Below are positions 34,210 through 43,495 of a stretch of 43,539 nucleotides of DNA, one piece after another. Position numbers and translations under genes: made by a program. The stretch lies in the NCBI GenBank assembly GCA_964484095.1, contig CAZAEB010000002.1:1-43539 (forward strand), in the 5' to 3' direction. Position 1 is the stretch's first letter. Each line of letters starts with the position of its first letter. Origin of the DNA: an uncultured Gammaproteobacteria bacterium (GTDB lineage Bacteria > Patescibacteriota > Microgenomatia > UBA12405 > BS750m-G30). The notes under the pieces were generated by a model. It saw only the letters and a list, made by a program, of their open reading frames with translations, had not been told where the DNA came from and did no database searches.

Positions 34210-34587
34210 TTATTTTTTTTTAGCTATTTTTTTAGGCTTAGATTTAATATTCTTTTTTTCAGCGGACGATAGCAAATCAATAATCGCATCAAGCTTGGTA
34301 TTTAGAATTCCAATTTTTTCTACAAGCTTTTGGGTACTGCGATCATTTATATTGCTTTGTGGAGATCTGCCTGAATCTCTTCTGTCTCTCGGTCTATTAC
34401 TGTCCCTTCCGCCATTTCTACCGCCTTTTTTCTCAAAACAATCACTGCAGTATATTGGTTTATCACCACTTGGTTTGAAAGGCACTTGGCAATCTTTACC
34501 GCACTCATCACACACTGCATTGTGCATTGTCAACTTTCCGGAATCTCTTCTGTCTCTTGATCTATTACTAAATTTAAAGTTATCCAT
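34210..34587 (-). CDS. CxxC-x17-CxxC zinc-ribbon protein flanked by Arg/Asp/Ser-rich repeats
   Basis: HNAVCDECGKDCQVPFKPSGDKPIYCSDCF zinc ribbon. NRSRDRRDSG and NRPRDRRDSG flank it. They are encoded by a 33-nt direct repeat (34370-34402 and 34538-34570, 29/33 identical). Confidence 0.6.
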   Translation of the reverse strand: MDNFKFSNRSRDRRDSGKLTMHNAVCDECGKDCQVPFKPSGDKPIYCSDCFEKKGGRNGGRDSNRPRDRRDSGRSPQSNINDRSTQKLVEKIGILNTKLDAIIDLLSSAEKKNIKSKPKKIAKKK

Positions 34588-34620
34588 AAATATTTTTGTT
34601 AAATACTAATACAGGTTGTA

Positions 34621-34649
34621 AGTATATGCATTTTTATTATAAATAGCAA
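34621..34649 (-). promoter_or_regulatory. sigma-70 promoter TTGCTA-N17-TATACT upstream of the zinc-ribbon gene
   Basis: On the minus strand, TTGCTA at 34649-34644 and TATACT at 34626-34621. Confidence 0.45.
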
Positions 34650-34660
34650 GAAAACTGATT

Positions 34661-35833
34661 TCAGGTAAGCGCTAATTCATTTGATAATATAGAATTTTCG
34701 TTGATTATTGTAGCATCAATTACTATTTTAACAGTCTCTTTTTTAGTTGTTTTAATTGGCGGTCTAGCCAGCTTAAATAATTCCCCTACAACAATTCTGA
34801 TTAGTTTCTGGGACTCAATTTCATTTTCTTTGATTGATAAATTCCAATCCAGGCCCGGACCGGTATTTCCCTCGACGAGGTATATCTTGCCGTAATTGCT
34901 AATAATGAAATCGAGGGCAAACAATGAAGACTTTTTGTCTAAAATCTTAGCAACCTCATTAGAAATAGCAATAAGATTTTCTGGCACTTGGCTTACGGGG
35001 ATATACTTTAAGGTTCCGCCCTGATGCTCGTTGCAACGAAAGTCTCCGGCTTTAGCCATTCTTATGTAAGATTGAATAATTTCCCCTCTAAGATATATTA
35101 GCCGGATGTCGGTTGATACTGGTAAATTTTGGTAACTAAAACCTTTATCAAAGTTAACAAATGCCTGAAGGATAAATGATTTTTTCTCATGTCTCTTTAA
35201 TAATTTCACCATCTGCTCGTTTTGATCGATTTTGAATTTATAAACATTTATTCCACCAGCCCCAAACCTATCTTTCATTATGATTTCATCAGAAAAATCT
35301 TTTTTGTTTGGGTGCTTTCTTATTATTTCTTTGAGTGTTTTTCGCGCCTTGTTAACACTTTCTATGGTGCTGTCTTCAATGGTTACTGTGGGGATGGAAA
35401 ATTTATGGAGCTTTTTATAGGTTTTTTGTTTGTCAAAAAAAAGATCAAAAAGGTGGGGGTGGTTAAAGGGTTTAACCTTTTTGGAAGAAAAAAGTAAATT
35501 ACGGTTAGCCTTGATTCTCTTATTAATCGGAGAGAATTTATCAAAAATTAATTTCGAGTAACCGGTTTTCTTAACTTTTATCCAAGCGTTATTTTCAAAA
35601 AGCCAATAACTGCAGCATTGGCCTGCTGCTGTGATATCAGCGGATGTAGTTAAAGCTGCTTTTAAATTATTTTTTTTACAAACTTCCAGGAAAAAACCAT
35701 AAACTATATTATAAGATTCACTGTTTGATCCTTTGGCAAAAGGGGTCAAGGCGTCTTTGTATGGGCAATTAGCACTGGCGGCAAGCCGGTCAGAGTATAC
35801 AACCAATACATCGAAAAAAGTTGTCTTTGTCAT
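34661..35833 (-). CDS. ATP-grasp family ligase (RimK/YheC-YheD-like)
   Basis: ATP-grasp core motifs IIMKDRFGAGGINVYKF and ALDFIISNYGKIYLVEGNTGPGLD. ATG at 35833 is preferred. The ORF-track TTG at 35857 is an alternative start. Confidence 0.65.
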   Translation of the reverse strand: MTKTTFFDVLVVYSDRLAASANCPYKDALTPFAKGSNSESYNIVYGFFLEVCKKNNLKAALTTSADITAAGQCCSYWLFENNAWIKVKKTGYSKLIFDKFSPINKRIKANRNLLFSSKKVKPFNHPHLFDLFFDKQKTYKKLHKFSIPTVTIEDSTIESVNKARKTLKEIIRKHPNKKDFSDEIIMKDRFGAGGINVYKFKIDQNEQMVKLLKRHEKKSFILQAFVNFDKGFSYQNLPVSTDIRLIYLRGEIIQSYIRMAKAGDFRCNEHQGGTLKYIPVSQVPENLIAISNEVAKILDKKSSLFALDFIISNYGKIYLVEGNTGPGLDWNLSIKENEIESQKLIRIVVGELFKLARPPIKTTKKETVKIVIDATIINENSILSNELALT

Positions 35834-36008
35834 AAATTGCTTAAAAGTGAAACACAAAAATTAGGCCCTTTTAAGGAGAAAGAGATATATGTTTATGGGT
35901 CAGTATTTTACATTATACACTATTCCAATAGCTTTGGGTATCGCCATGATATCAAGGTGGTGTCAAATAGGGCACGACGATTTTAGAGCTTTTTAGGGTT
36001 AAATAAAT

Positions 36009-36254
36009 CTAAAACTTAAAAAATATTTTTAACAAAGCCACCAAACCAATAACTGTCCATATGATATTTAATACTGCTGGTTGATAGGTTTTCTTTCTTA
36101 AAGAGATAACCACAATTCCAACGGCTCCGGTAATGTTAAGGGTTTGGTAAAGAAACGATTGTGATGAAATAACATTAAAACTAGAAAGTGCATAAGCCCC
36201 GACAACTGCAATAGCTCCATACCACCCAACTATTTCCGGTACCCTGTTGTTCAT
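36009..36254 (-). CDS. small 3-TM membrane protein (hypothetical)
   Basis: 81 aa with three hydrophobic helices and repeated YQ..LN motifs. No confident family assignment. Confidence 0.5.
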   Translation of the reverse strand: MNNRVPEIVGWYGAIAVVGAYALSSFNVISSQSFLYQTLNITGAVGIVVISLRKKTYQPAVLNIIWTVIGLVALLKIFFKF

Positions 36255-36262
36255 GTGGTTAA

Positions 36263-36271
36263 ATTATATCA
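36263..36271 (-). promoter_or_regulatory. perfect extended -10 (TGaTATAAT) 8 nt upstream of the small membrane protein ATG
   Basis: The minus strand reads TGATATAAT-TTAACCAC-ATG. Confidence 0.5.
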
Positions 36272-36361
36272 AAAGATAAGTTGAAAACCATTCGAAGGAT
36301 ATCCACCAAATCTTACGACTAAATATATATACTCATCTCGCTTTTAATAGGTGACAAACTA

Positions 36362-37411
36362 ATGTTAAAGAATAAAATTTTTAAAAATATCGGCATTGTC
36401 GGCTTCGGTGCTTATGTGCCCTATTTTCGGATAAAAGTTGAGGAAATTGCCCGGGTTTGGCAAAAAGATGCTGAGAATATTAAAAATTATTTGGGAATCG
36501 AGCAAAAAACGGTTGCCGATATTGATGAGGACTCTTTAACAATGGCAGTAGAGGCAAGCTTAAGAGCTTTACGGATGGCCGGAATTAAACCTTCGCGAAT
36601 CGGCGCAGTTTTTGTTGGTAGCGAATCACACCCCTATGCTGTCAAACCAACCGGTACAATCCTGGCAGAAATTTTAAACATCGGCAGAGACTATTTTTGT
36701 GCTGATTTGCAATTTGCCTGTAAAGCCGGCACCGCTGGTTTGCAGATTATTTTGGCAATGATTGATTCCGGTTTAGTTGATTATGGTTTAGTCGTTGGCA
36801 GTGATAAAGCTCAAGCCAAAGCGGGTGGTGCTTTGGAATTTACCGCCGGCGCTGGTGCGGCTGCTTTTGTCTTGGGAAGAAAAAGAATGCTGGCGGAAGT
36901 GAAATCAACCTATTCTTTCTCTTCGGACATGCCTGATTTTTGGCGCCGGCAAAATTGTTCGTATCCAGAGCATGCGGGCCGTTTCACCGGCGAACCTGGT
37001 TATTTTTATCATCTTATTTCCGCTACCAAAAACTTTTTGAAAAAAACTGGTTTTAAAATTAGTGATTTTAACCATGTTGTCTTTCATATGCCCAATGCCA
37101 AATTTCCGCTTAAGGCGGCCAAAAGTTTAGGGGTAGAAAAAAAACAACTAGAAAAAGGTTTTTTGGTTTCCCAAATTGGCAATCCTTATTCTGCCTCTTC
37201 GCTTTTGGGATTAACAGCGGTTTTAAGCCAAGCGAAAAATAAAGATAAAGTTTTATTGGTTTCTTATGGTTCCGGCGCTGGCAGTGATTGTTTTGTTTTA
37301 GAAATTAAAAAAACTTTGGAAAAACAAAAAACCGATTTAGACAAAATAATTAATAATTATCAGTCAATTTCTTATCCCCAATATTTACAAAAAATGGAGA
37401 TTTTGCAGTGA
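36362..37411 (+). CDS. hydroxymethylglutaryl-CoA synthase, archaeal type
   Basis: VGFGAYVPYFRIKVEEIARVW, VGSESHPYAVKP, and the catalytic Cys context DLQFACKAGTAG. 349 aa. SD AGGTGA lies 7 nt upstream. Confidence 0.9.
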   Translation: MLKNKIFKNIGIVGFGAYVPYFRIKVEEIARVWQKDAENIKNYLGIEQKTVADIDEDSLTMAVEASLRALRMAGIKPSRIGAVFVGSESHPYAVKPTGTILAEILNIGRDYFCADLQFACKAGTAGLQIILAMIDSGLVDYGLVVGSDKAQAKAGGALEFTAGAGAAAFVLGRKRMLAEVKSTYSFSSDMPDFWRRQNCSYPEHAGRFTGEPGYFYHLISATKNFLKKTGFKISDFNHVVFHMPNAKFPLKAAKSLGVEKKQLEKGFLVSQIGNPYSASSLLGLTAVLSQAKNKDKVLLVSYGSGAGSDCFVLEIKKTLEKQKTDLDKIINNYQSISYPQYLQKMEILQ

Positions 37412-38544
37412 GAGTCGCGGTTTTATCAGCTTATCAGACTGAATTTGGCGAGCTGTGGGACAAAAGTCTTGAGGATTTGTTTGCCGAAGCAGCTTTTCAA
37501 GTAATTAATCAGGCAGGGGTTGGGAAAGAACAGATAGGTATTGCTTTTGTAGGCAATAAACTTTCTGATCAGAATCATCTCTCTTCGCTATTATCACAGA
37601 TTTTGGAAATCGATATTCCTATTGTTCGAACTGAAGCTGCTTGTGCCTCTGGCGGCGTGGCGGTTAGTCAAGCTTGTTCAGCCATCGAGTCTGGTCAATA
37701 TGAGGTCGCTCTGGTTGTTGGTGTGGAAAAAATGACCGATTTGTCAGCAGGGGTGATTTCCGCAGGATTGATGAGTGCGGCTAGTTTTGAAGAACGAAAA
37801 AGCGGCCTTTGTTTTGTTGGCCTTTATGCTTTAATAGCACAAAAATATCTTGAGGAATTTAAAGCAGAAGAGAAGGATTTAGCTTTACCGGCAGTAAAAA
37901 ATCACTTTCATGCTAAATTAAATGATAAGGCCCAGTTCCCTTTCGAAATTAGTTTAGACCAAGTTTTGGAAAGTCCGGTTATTGCCGAGCCCTTGCGCCT
38001 GCTTGAATGTTCGCCGATTTCTGATGGCGCAGCGGCTTTAATACTGGCTAGTCCAAAATTTGCCCAAAAATTTTCTAAAAAGAATATTTACATTACTGCC
38101 AGTGCCCAAGGAAGCGATACTTTATCATTAACAGAAAGGGAAACTCTACTAGAATTTAAGGCCGCCAAAAAAACTGCTCAAAAAGCTTATCAGATGGCGG
38201 GTTTGGGACCAAAAGATTTGTCTTTGTTAGAAGTTCATGATTGCTTCTCTATCGCTGAAATAATTGCCTTGGAAAACTTGGGAATTTGTAAGAAAGGTGA
38301 GGGTTATCTTGCCGAAAGAAATGGTGAGGTAAAACTTGGCGGTAAAAGACCGGTTAATCTTTCCGGGGGACTAAAAGCTTGTGGTCATCCGGTAGGTGCA
38401 ACCGGGGTTAAGCAAATTGTTGAAGTTTATCAACAATTAAAAGGGCGGGCGGGCAAAAGGCAAACAAAGAATCCGTTAGTTGGATTAACACATAATATCG
38501 GAGGAACCGGAGGGACGGCAGTGATACACATTTTACAAAAATAA
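37408..38544 (+). CDS. acetyl-CoA acetyltransferase (thiolase), archaeal type
   Basis: The active-site Cys context TEAACASGG, VGVEKMTD, and the C-terminal GLKACGHPVGATG and HNIGGTGG motifs. The GTG start overlaps the HMGCS stop (GTGA). Confidence 0.9.
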   Translation: MRVAVLSAYQTEFGELWDKSLEDLFAEAAFQVINQAGVGKEQIGIAFVGNKLSDQNHLSSLLSQILEIDIPIVRTEAACASGGVAVSQACSAIESGQYEVALVVGVEKMTDLSAGVISAGLMSAASFEERKSGLCFVGLYALIAQKYLEEFKAEEKDLALPAVKNHFHAKLNDKAQFPFEISLDQVLESPVIAEPLRLLECSPISDGAAALILASPKFAQKFSKKNIYITASAQGSDTLSLTERETLLEFKAAKKTAQKAYQMAGLGPKDLSLLEVHDCFSIAEIIALENLGICKKGEGYLAERNGEVKLGGKRPVNLSGGLKACGHPVGATGVKQIVEVYQQLKGRAGKRQTKNPLVGLTHNIGGTGGTAVIHILQK

Positions 38545-38562
38545 ATAAATTTTGGAATTTTT

Positions 38563-38856
38563 ATGAACAGCCCAATTATCAGCTGGCGAGAAAATAAAAA
38601 AAATTATCAGTTTTTGGGAAAAACTGGCAAGGTGTCAAGTTTTACTCAAATCTTAAATCCACTCGAGGGGTTTGGTAAGTTGCCCTATTGGGTGGCAATC
38701 GTGAAACTTAACCATGGCAAAAAACTGGTCGCCCAGTTGGTTTTAGACGGCAAAAAACCCAAGATAGGCGCTAGAGTAAAAGCAGTTTTAAGAATTATTG
38801 GACAGCCGGAGAAAAAAGAAATTATTAATTACGGAGTTAAATTTAAGCTGATATAG
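38563..38856 (+). CDS. DUF35-like OB-fold protein lacking the zinc ribbon
   Basis: 97 aa. The OB-fold part (GKVSSFTQI...YWVAIVKL..GKKLVAQLV...IGARVKAV) matches the position and pattern of DUF35 scaffold proteins in archaeal thiolase/HMGCS operons. It contains no Cys at all. Confidence 0.65.
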   Translation: MNSPIISWRENKKNYQFLGKTGKVSSFTQILNPLEGFGKLPYWVAIVKLNHGKKLVAQLVLDGKKPKIGARVKAVLRIIGQPEKKEIINYGVKFKLI

Positions 38857-38944
38857 AGTAGATCTAACTCACAAGTTCTAAGAAATACGGTATACTGTTT
38901 GCACATGAAAAAGCTCTCACTAGGTTATTATGAAAGGAGCGTTT

Positions 38945-39679
38945 ATGTTTAAGGATCAAAAACTTAAATACAAGCGGGTCATTTTGAAAATGGGAGGAGA
39001 GCTGTTTGGGAAAAAGGATGGTTGGGGAATTTCCTTTCTTGCCTACGAAAAGATTGCTAAGAATATTATTAAGATCAAGGGCAAGAATAACATTCAACTT
39101 TCTATTGTTGTTGGAGCCGGTAATATCTTCAGAGGCAGAGAAGCTGAAGGTTCAGAAGTGGACGAGGCAGTAGCCGACAGTATGGGAATGTTGGGAACGG
39201 TAATTAACGGCTTGGCTCTTCAGGAAGCTTTGGAAAGACTGGGGACGTCAACCCGGATGATGACGGCTGTGGAAATGAAAACTATTGCCGAACCCTATAT
39301 CAGAAGACGAGCCATCCGACACTTAGAGAAAGGCAGAGTTTTAATTTTTACCGGTGGTGTCGGCAGCCCTTTTTTTACCACTGATTCAGCAGCAGCTCTA
39401 AGGGCTTGTGAAATTAATTGTGATGTCATTTTGAAAGCCACCGGCGTTGATGGTGTCTACGACTCTGATCCCAACAAAAACCCTAAGGCTAAACGCTTCA
39501 GTCATATAACTTACAAAGAAGCCATTGAGAAAAACTTGCAAGTTATGGATGCCACCGCTTTTGCTTTATGTCGGAAAAAGAAAAAACCGATTATTGTTTT
39601 TAATGTTAACGACTTGGATAAAATCCCAGAAATTATTAGAGGTAAAAGTATCGGCACCTTGGTTTCCGAGAGAAGTTAA
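38945..39679 (+). CDS. pyrH: UMP kinase
   Basis: ILKMGGE, VVGAGNIFRG and MDATAFALC motifs. ATG at 38945 is preferred (AAGGAG-N5-ATG) over the ORF-track ATG at 38930. Confidence 0.9.
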   Translation: MFKDQKLKYKRVILKMGGELFGKKDGWGISFLAYEKIAKNIIKIKGKNNIQLSIVVGAGNIFRGREAEGSEVDEAVADSMGMLGTVINGLALQEALERLGTSTRMMTAVEMKTIAEPYIRRRAIRHLEKGRVLIFTGGVGSPFFTTDSAAALRACEINCDVILKATGVDGVYDSDPNKNPKAKRFSHITYKEAIEKNLQVMDATAFALCRKKKKPIIVFNVNDLDKIPEIIRGKSIGTLVSERS

Positions 39680-39731
39680 CCCCGACATTTCAGACAAACC
39701 CATCTTAAATGGAAAATGTTCGAACCCAAAG

Positions 39732-40148
39732 TTACTCTGCTCTTTTCAGTTCAAAGTTTAATTGAATTTGTGTAGCCGTAACACTTCCGTCAGAATTTGT
39801 CTGTCCAATAACCATTACCTGCTCGCCGGTTCCTAAATCGTCAACTGAACCTTGAGTTGCCTTGCTTATCTTGGTATTTTCCGAAATCAACACAATTTTA
39901 CTGCTACCGTCGAGTAATTTAACAGTAATGCTTGTTTCGTCTTGGCTGATTATTTCTCCCCTAATTGTTCCAACTCCCATTTGTTGTTGAACCCCATCAG
40001 GTAAATCTTGCTGTCTCATCCCTGCTCTAAACTGAAAATCAGTTCTTGAAGGTTGTTTGCCTTGCTGATATTTCATTCCACCATAAAAAGAACCTGCGCC
40101 GACAAGAATCAATAGCACAGCAATAACAACATAGTTTGATTGTTTCAT
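39732..40148 (-). CDS. membrane-anchored small beta-rich protein, last gene of the ABC efflux operon
   Basis: 138 aa with an N-terminal TM helix. The repetitive beta-strand segment is TIRGEIISQDETSITVKLLDGSSKIVLISENTKI. SD GGAGGTGA-N7-ATG at 40156-40163. Confidence 0.5.
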   Translation of the reverse strand: MKQSNYVVIAVLLILVGAGSFYGGMKYQQGKQPSRTDFQFRAGMRQQDLPDGVQQQMGVGTIRGEIISQDETSITVKLLDGSSKIVLISENTKISKATQGSVDDLGTGEQVMVIGQTNSDGSVTATQIQLNFELKRAE

Positions 40149-40187
40149 AATCTATTCACCTCCCTTAATTTAATTTTTAATTTATAT

Positions 40188-41423
40188 CTATTCATATCTT
40201 AAAGCTTCAATCGGCTGTAGGTTTGCCGCTTTTTGAGCAGGGTACCAACCGAACAAGACTCCAATAGCCGCTGATACCCCAAAAGCCAAAAGGATAGATG
40301 GAATTGAAAGTGCGAACGGCAAACTCATAAAGCGCGAAAGCACATAAGCAACACCTACTCCTAAAACTATTCCAATTAAGCCACCAACAAAAGTCACCAT
40401 CACTGCTTCCATTAAAAACTGGGCATTAACAACTTTTTTCTTGGCTCCCAAGGCTTTTCTTAAACCAATTTCTCTGGTTCTTTCGGTTACGGTCACCAAC
40501 ATAATATTCATTATACCAATGCCACCAACTATCAGTGATATGGCGGCGATACCTGACAAAAGAGTGGTAAAAGTACTAGTCACCTCAGTAGCAGCCCCTA
40601 TAATATCTGCCTGGGACATAATCGTAAAATCTGCTTGTGTTGGATCATTCAATTTATGCCTATCTAATAACAAATAACCCACTTGATTTTGAGCCTCAAC
40701 CATAACATCTTGCTTTACAACTTCAATAGAAATCGAGCTTAAATAATCAACACCAAACAATTGTTTTTGAGCTGTCGTTAAAGGTATATATACACTATCA
40801 TCTTGATTCATAAAACCCCCTCCACCCTTACTGGCTGTTACCCCCACAACTCTAAAAGTTAGTCCTTTTATTCTTATGTCTTTACCAACAGGATCAACTC
40901 CTCCGCCAACTGGCGAACCAAACAAATCTATCGCAGTTTGAGGTCCCAATACAGCCACTTTTGACATACCATCTAGATTTTGTTGACTAATAAAAAAACC
41001 TGACGACACACCTACGTTTCTCACCTCTGTATATTCTGGAGTTACCCCCACCACTTGAGTATTAGTATTATTGCGTCCGGCGACTATTTGCTCTCGACCA
41101 GAATATTCTGGTGAAACTTTTTTAACAGTGGTAATCTGTGGGGAAGTGATAATGGCTTCGGCATCATCATAAGTCAAAGTTTGACCTCCACCTGCCGCCC
41201 CACGAACTCCACCGCTTCTTTGTGCTCCTGGCGACACTGTCAATAAATTTGAACCCAAAGTTTTTATCTGCTCTTCGATTGAACGCTGACTTGCCTGACC
41301 CAAGGAAACCAAAGCAATCACACTGCCAATACCGATTACCACTCCCAACATGGCCAACCCAGTTCTGACTTTATTCAAGGCAAGAGTGCTAAAACTTTCT
41401 AAAACTAGTTCTTTATAATCCAT
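40188..41423 (-). CDS. ABC transporter permease, MacB/FtsX-type
   Basis: MacB_PCD-like periplasmic domain between TM1 and TM2. C-terminal FtsX domain with the REIGLRKALGA motif. Confidence 0.9.
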   Translation of the reverse strand: MDYKELVLESFSTLALNKVRTGLAMLGVVIGIGSVIALVSLGQASQRSIEEQIKTLGSNLLTVSPGAQRSGGVRGAAGGGQTLTYDDAEAIITSPQITTVKKVSPEYSGREQIVAGRNNTNTQVVGVTPEYTEVRNVGVSSGFFISQQNLDGMSKVAVLGPQTAIDLFGSPVGGGVDPVGKDIRIKGLTFRVVGVTASKGGGGFMNQDDSVYIPLTTAQKQLFGVDYLSSISIEVVKQDVMVEAQNQVGYLLLDRHKLNDPTQADFTIMSQADIIGAATEVTSTFTTLLSGIAAISLIVGGIGIMNIMLVTVTERTREIGLRKALGAKKKVVNAQFLMEAVMVTFVGGLIGIVLGVGVAYVLSRFMSLPFALSIPSILLAFGVSAAIGVLFGWYPAQKAANLQPIEALRYE

Positions 41424-42093
41424 GTTTTTTATCTTTTATTATCCGTCCATCTCTTAAGTGGATTGTTCGTTTGGCATATTCAGCAATCTCTTCTTCGTGA
41501 GTAATCATCACTATTGTATGCCCTTGTTCATTTAAGTCCTGGAAAATTTCCATAATTTCCTCGGCCTGTTTAGTAGCAATGTTTCCAGTTGGTTCATCAG
41601 CTAATAAAATACTTGGGTTCATGGATAACGCCCGGGCAATTGCTACTCTTTGCTGCTCTCCTCCCGACAATTGACTAGAAGTGTGGTGGAGTCTATCTCC
41701 TAGACCTACCATTTTTAAGTACTTCCCAGCTTTTTTTACCCTTTCTTCCCTTGGAATCTCGCCATAAATCATCGGTACCATAACATTTTTCAAAGCCGTG
41801 GTTCGGGGTAACAAATTGTATGCCTGAAAAACAAACCCAATCTTTTTATTTCTAATCTCAGCCAACTCATCATCATCAAGCTTACCCACATTTTCCCCAT
41901 CCAAAAAATAGTTACCTTTCGTGGGTTTATCAAGCGCCCCTAAAAGATGCATTAGGGTGGATTTACCTGAACCAGATGGTCCCATGATAGCTACAAATTC
42001 ACCCTTTTTAACCTCAAAGGATACATCATCCAAAGCTTTAACTTCTATTTCTCCCGTTTTATATATTTTAGAGATGTGAGAAACCTTTATCAT
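41413..42093 (-). CDS. ABC transporter ATP-binding protein, MacB/LolD-type
   Basis: Walker A GPSGSGKST, the signature LSGGEQQRVAIARAL, and Walker B ILLADEPTG. Confidence 0.95.
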   Translation of the reverse strand: MIKVSHISKIYKTGEIEVKALDDVSFEVKKGEFVAIMGPSGSGKSTLMHLLGALDKPTKGNYFLDGENVGKLDDDELAEIRNKKIGFVFQAYNLLPRTTALKNVMVPMIYGEIPREERVKKAGKYLKMVGLGDRLHHTSSQLSGGEQQRVAIARALSMNPSILLADEPTGNIATKQAEEIMEIFQDLNEQGHTIVMITHEEEIAEYAKRTIHLRDGRIIKDKKHGL

Positions 42094-43448
42094 CGGACCA
42101 TCCTCATCATGCCGCTTGTACCAGCTCCTCCAAATGGCGAAGTGCCTGTTGTTTGAGAGCCATTACTTAGGGCAGGGGTAATAATATTAGTAATTATCTC
42201 GTCTCCTTCAGTTATTCCAGAGATAATCTCTGTCTGAGTATCCGAAGAAAGTCCTATTTCAACCATAATTTCCTCCACCTGTCCATTTTGCATGACGCGA
42301 ACTGTTGCTTGTTCGTTCTGTGACTGAACTGCGTTCACAGGGACTAATAAAATATCGCTTTTTGAATCGAGAATGATATTTGCGTTAACCGCCATGTTCG
42401 GGTAGATGTCTACTGTAGTTGAGTTTAGTAGAATAATGACTGTATACATAGTGACACCTGAACTAACCTTGCCACTTGTATCTACAGAAAGAACCGACCC
42501 GGTGAATGTTTTGTCAGGATAGGCGTCAATCGTTAAAGTTGATTTTTGACTTGGCTTAACTTTGATAACATCCATTTCTGATAAGTTAATGGTGGCTTGG
42601 AGTCTGCCTTCAGGATTTTTAATCACCCCGATTTTTTGTGAAGATATTGTTACCGCTCCAGTCTCACTGCTTGTGGTCGAAGAAGATTGGATATAAACCC
42701 CGGGTGAAAGACTAAAGTTATTTAATTTACCAGAGGAGGGGGCCGTAATTGTGGATGATAATTGTTGATAAGAATTCAGCGCAGATGCTATTTTTGTTTT
42801 AGCGTAAGATATATCAGCATCAGCATTTTTGTATTTAAGCTCCAAGGCCGCAAAAGTCTTTTGAGCCTCTTCCAAAGTCTTATCGATTATCATTTTCTCT
42901 GAATCCGTATATTCTTCACCAGTGTCAGGATTTATACTGTTATTGTTTTTGTAATCAATATCATCTATGGCATCAAAGATAGCTTGTCGTTCTTCCCACA
43001 TCCCAATGTCAGCGGTTATCTTCTCCGCCTCTGCCGTCTTAACACCCTCTAGAGCATTAAGATAACTTACCCAGCTTGCTGCTTGCCTCTCTTTTGCCTC
43101 ATCATCTAAATCGATTTCAGCTAATTTTTGACCTTTTGTAACAGTGTCTCCATCTTTAACATACACTTGAGTTACGGTGCCACCAGCTTTAGTTGTTACA
43201 TCTATACTATTTGCGGACGATATTGTTCCTGAAGCTGATATTGAAACAACAAGTGTTCCTTTTTCCACCTGCGCCATTTGATACTGCGGTTCCTGCTGTT
43301 TATTGCCCAAAACTTTCCATCCAGCAAAACCTACAATCGATAGTAAAACCAGAAAAATAGCCACTCTTTTGCGATTGTTTAGTAAACCTTTAACAATATT
43401 TATAAACCGCTCTTTTTTGGATTTAAACAAATTCTTTTCCTTTGCCAT
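42090..43448 (-). CDS. HlyD/MacA-type periplasmic adaptor (membrane fusion) protein
   Basis: N-terminal TM anchor, a lipoyl-like GTVTQVYVKDGDTVTKGQKLAEID segment, a coiled-coil hairpin and beta-barrel domains. The 3' end overlaps the ATPase gene by 4 nt. Confidence 0.85.
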   Translation of the reverse strand: MAKEKNLFKSKKERFINIVKGLLNNRKRVAIFLVLLSIVGFAGWKVLGNKQQEPQYQMAQVEKGTLVVSISASGTISSANSIDVTTKAGGTVTQVYVKDGDTVTKGQKLAEIDLDDEAKERQAASWVSYLNALEGVKTAEAEKITADIGMWEERQAIFDAIDDIDYKNNNSINPDTGEEYTDSEKMIIDKTLEEAQKTFAALELKYKNADADISYAKTKIASALNSYQQLSSTITAPSSGKLNNFSLSPGVYIQSSSTTSSETGAVTISSQKIGVIKNPEGRLQATINLSEMDVIKVKPSQKSTLTIDAYPDKTFTGSVLSVDTSGKVSSGVTMYTVIILLNSTTVDIYPNMAVNANIILDSKSDILLVPVNAVQSQNEQATVRVMQNGQVEEIMVEIGLSSDTQTEIISGITEGDEIITNIITPALSNGSQTTGTSPFGGAGTSGMMRMVR

Positions 43449-43454
43449 GCTGTA

Positions 43455-43489
43455 ATTCTATAAATAAAAGCTGAGAAAACGCTGAGAAA
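43455..43489 (-). promoter_or_regulatory. candidate activator-dependent promoter: two TTTCTCAGC direct repeats at 11-bp spacing, plus TAGAAT -10 6 nt before the ATG
   Basis: The plus strand carries GCTGAGAAA at 43470-43478 and 43481-43489. The minus-strand TAGAAT is at 43460-43455. No -35 hexamer. The ATG is at 43448. Confidence 0.4.
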
Positions 43490-43495
43490 GAGTTG

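Noticed and set aside
34370-34570. The 33-nt direct repeat inside the zinc-ribbon gene, considered as a mobile-element or att-like scar.
   Set aside because: Both copies are in frame within one ORF and encode the same peptide arm (NR[SP]RDRRDSG). This is an internal domain-arm duplication, not an insertion footprint.
38864-39097. A 77-aa minus-strand ORF overlapping the pyrH start region.
   Set aside because: It lies antisense to the strongly supported UMP kinase gene and its SD. It has no recognisable features.
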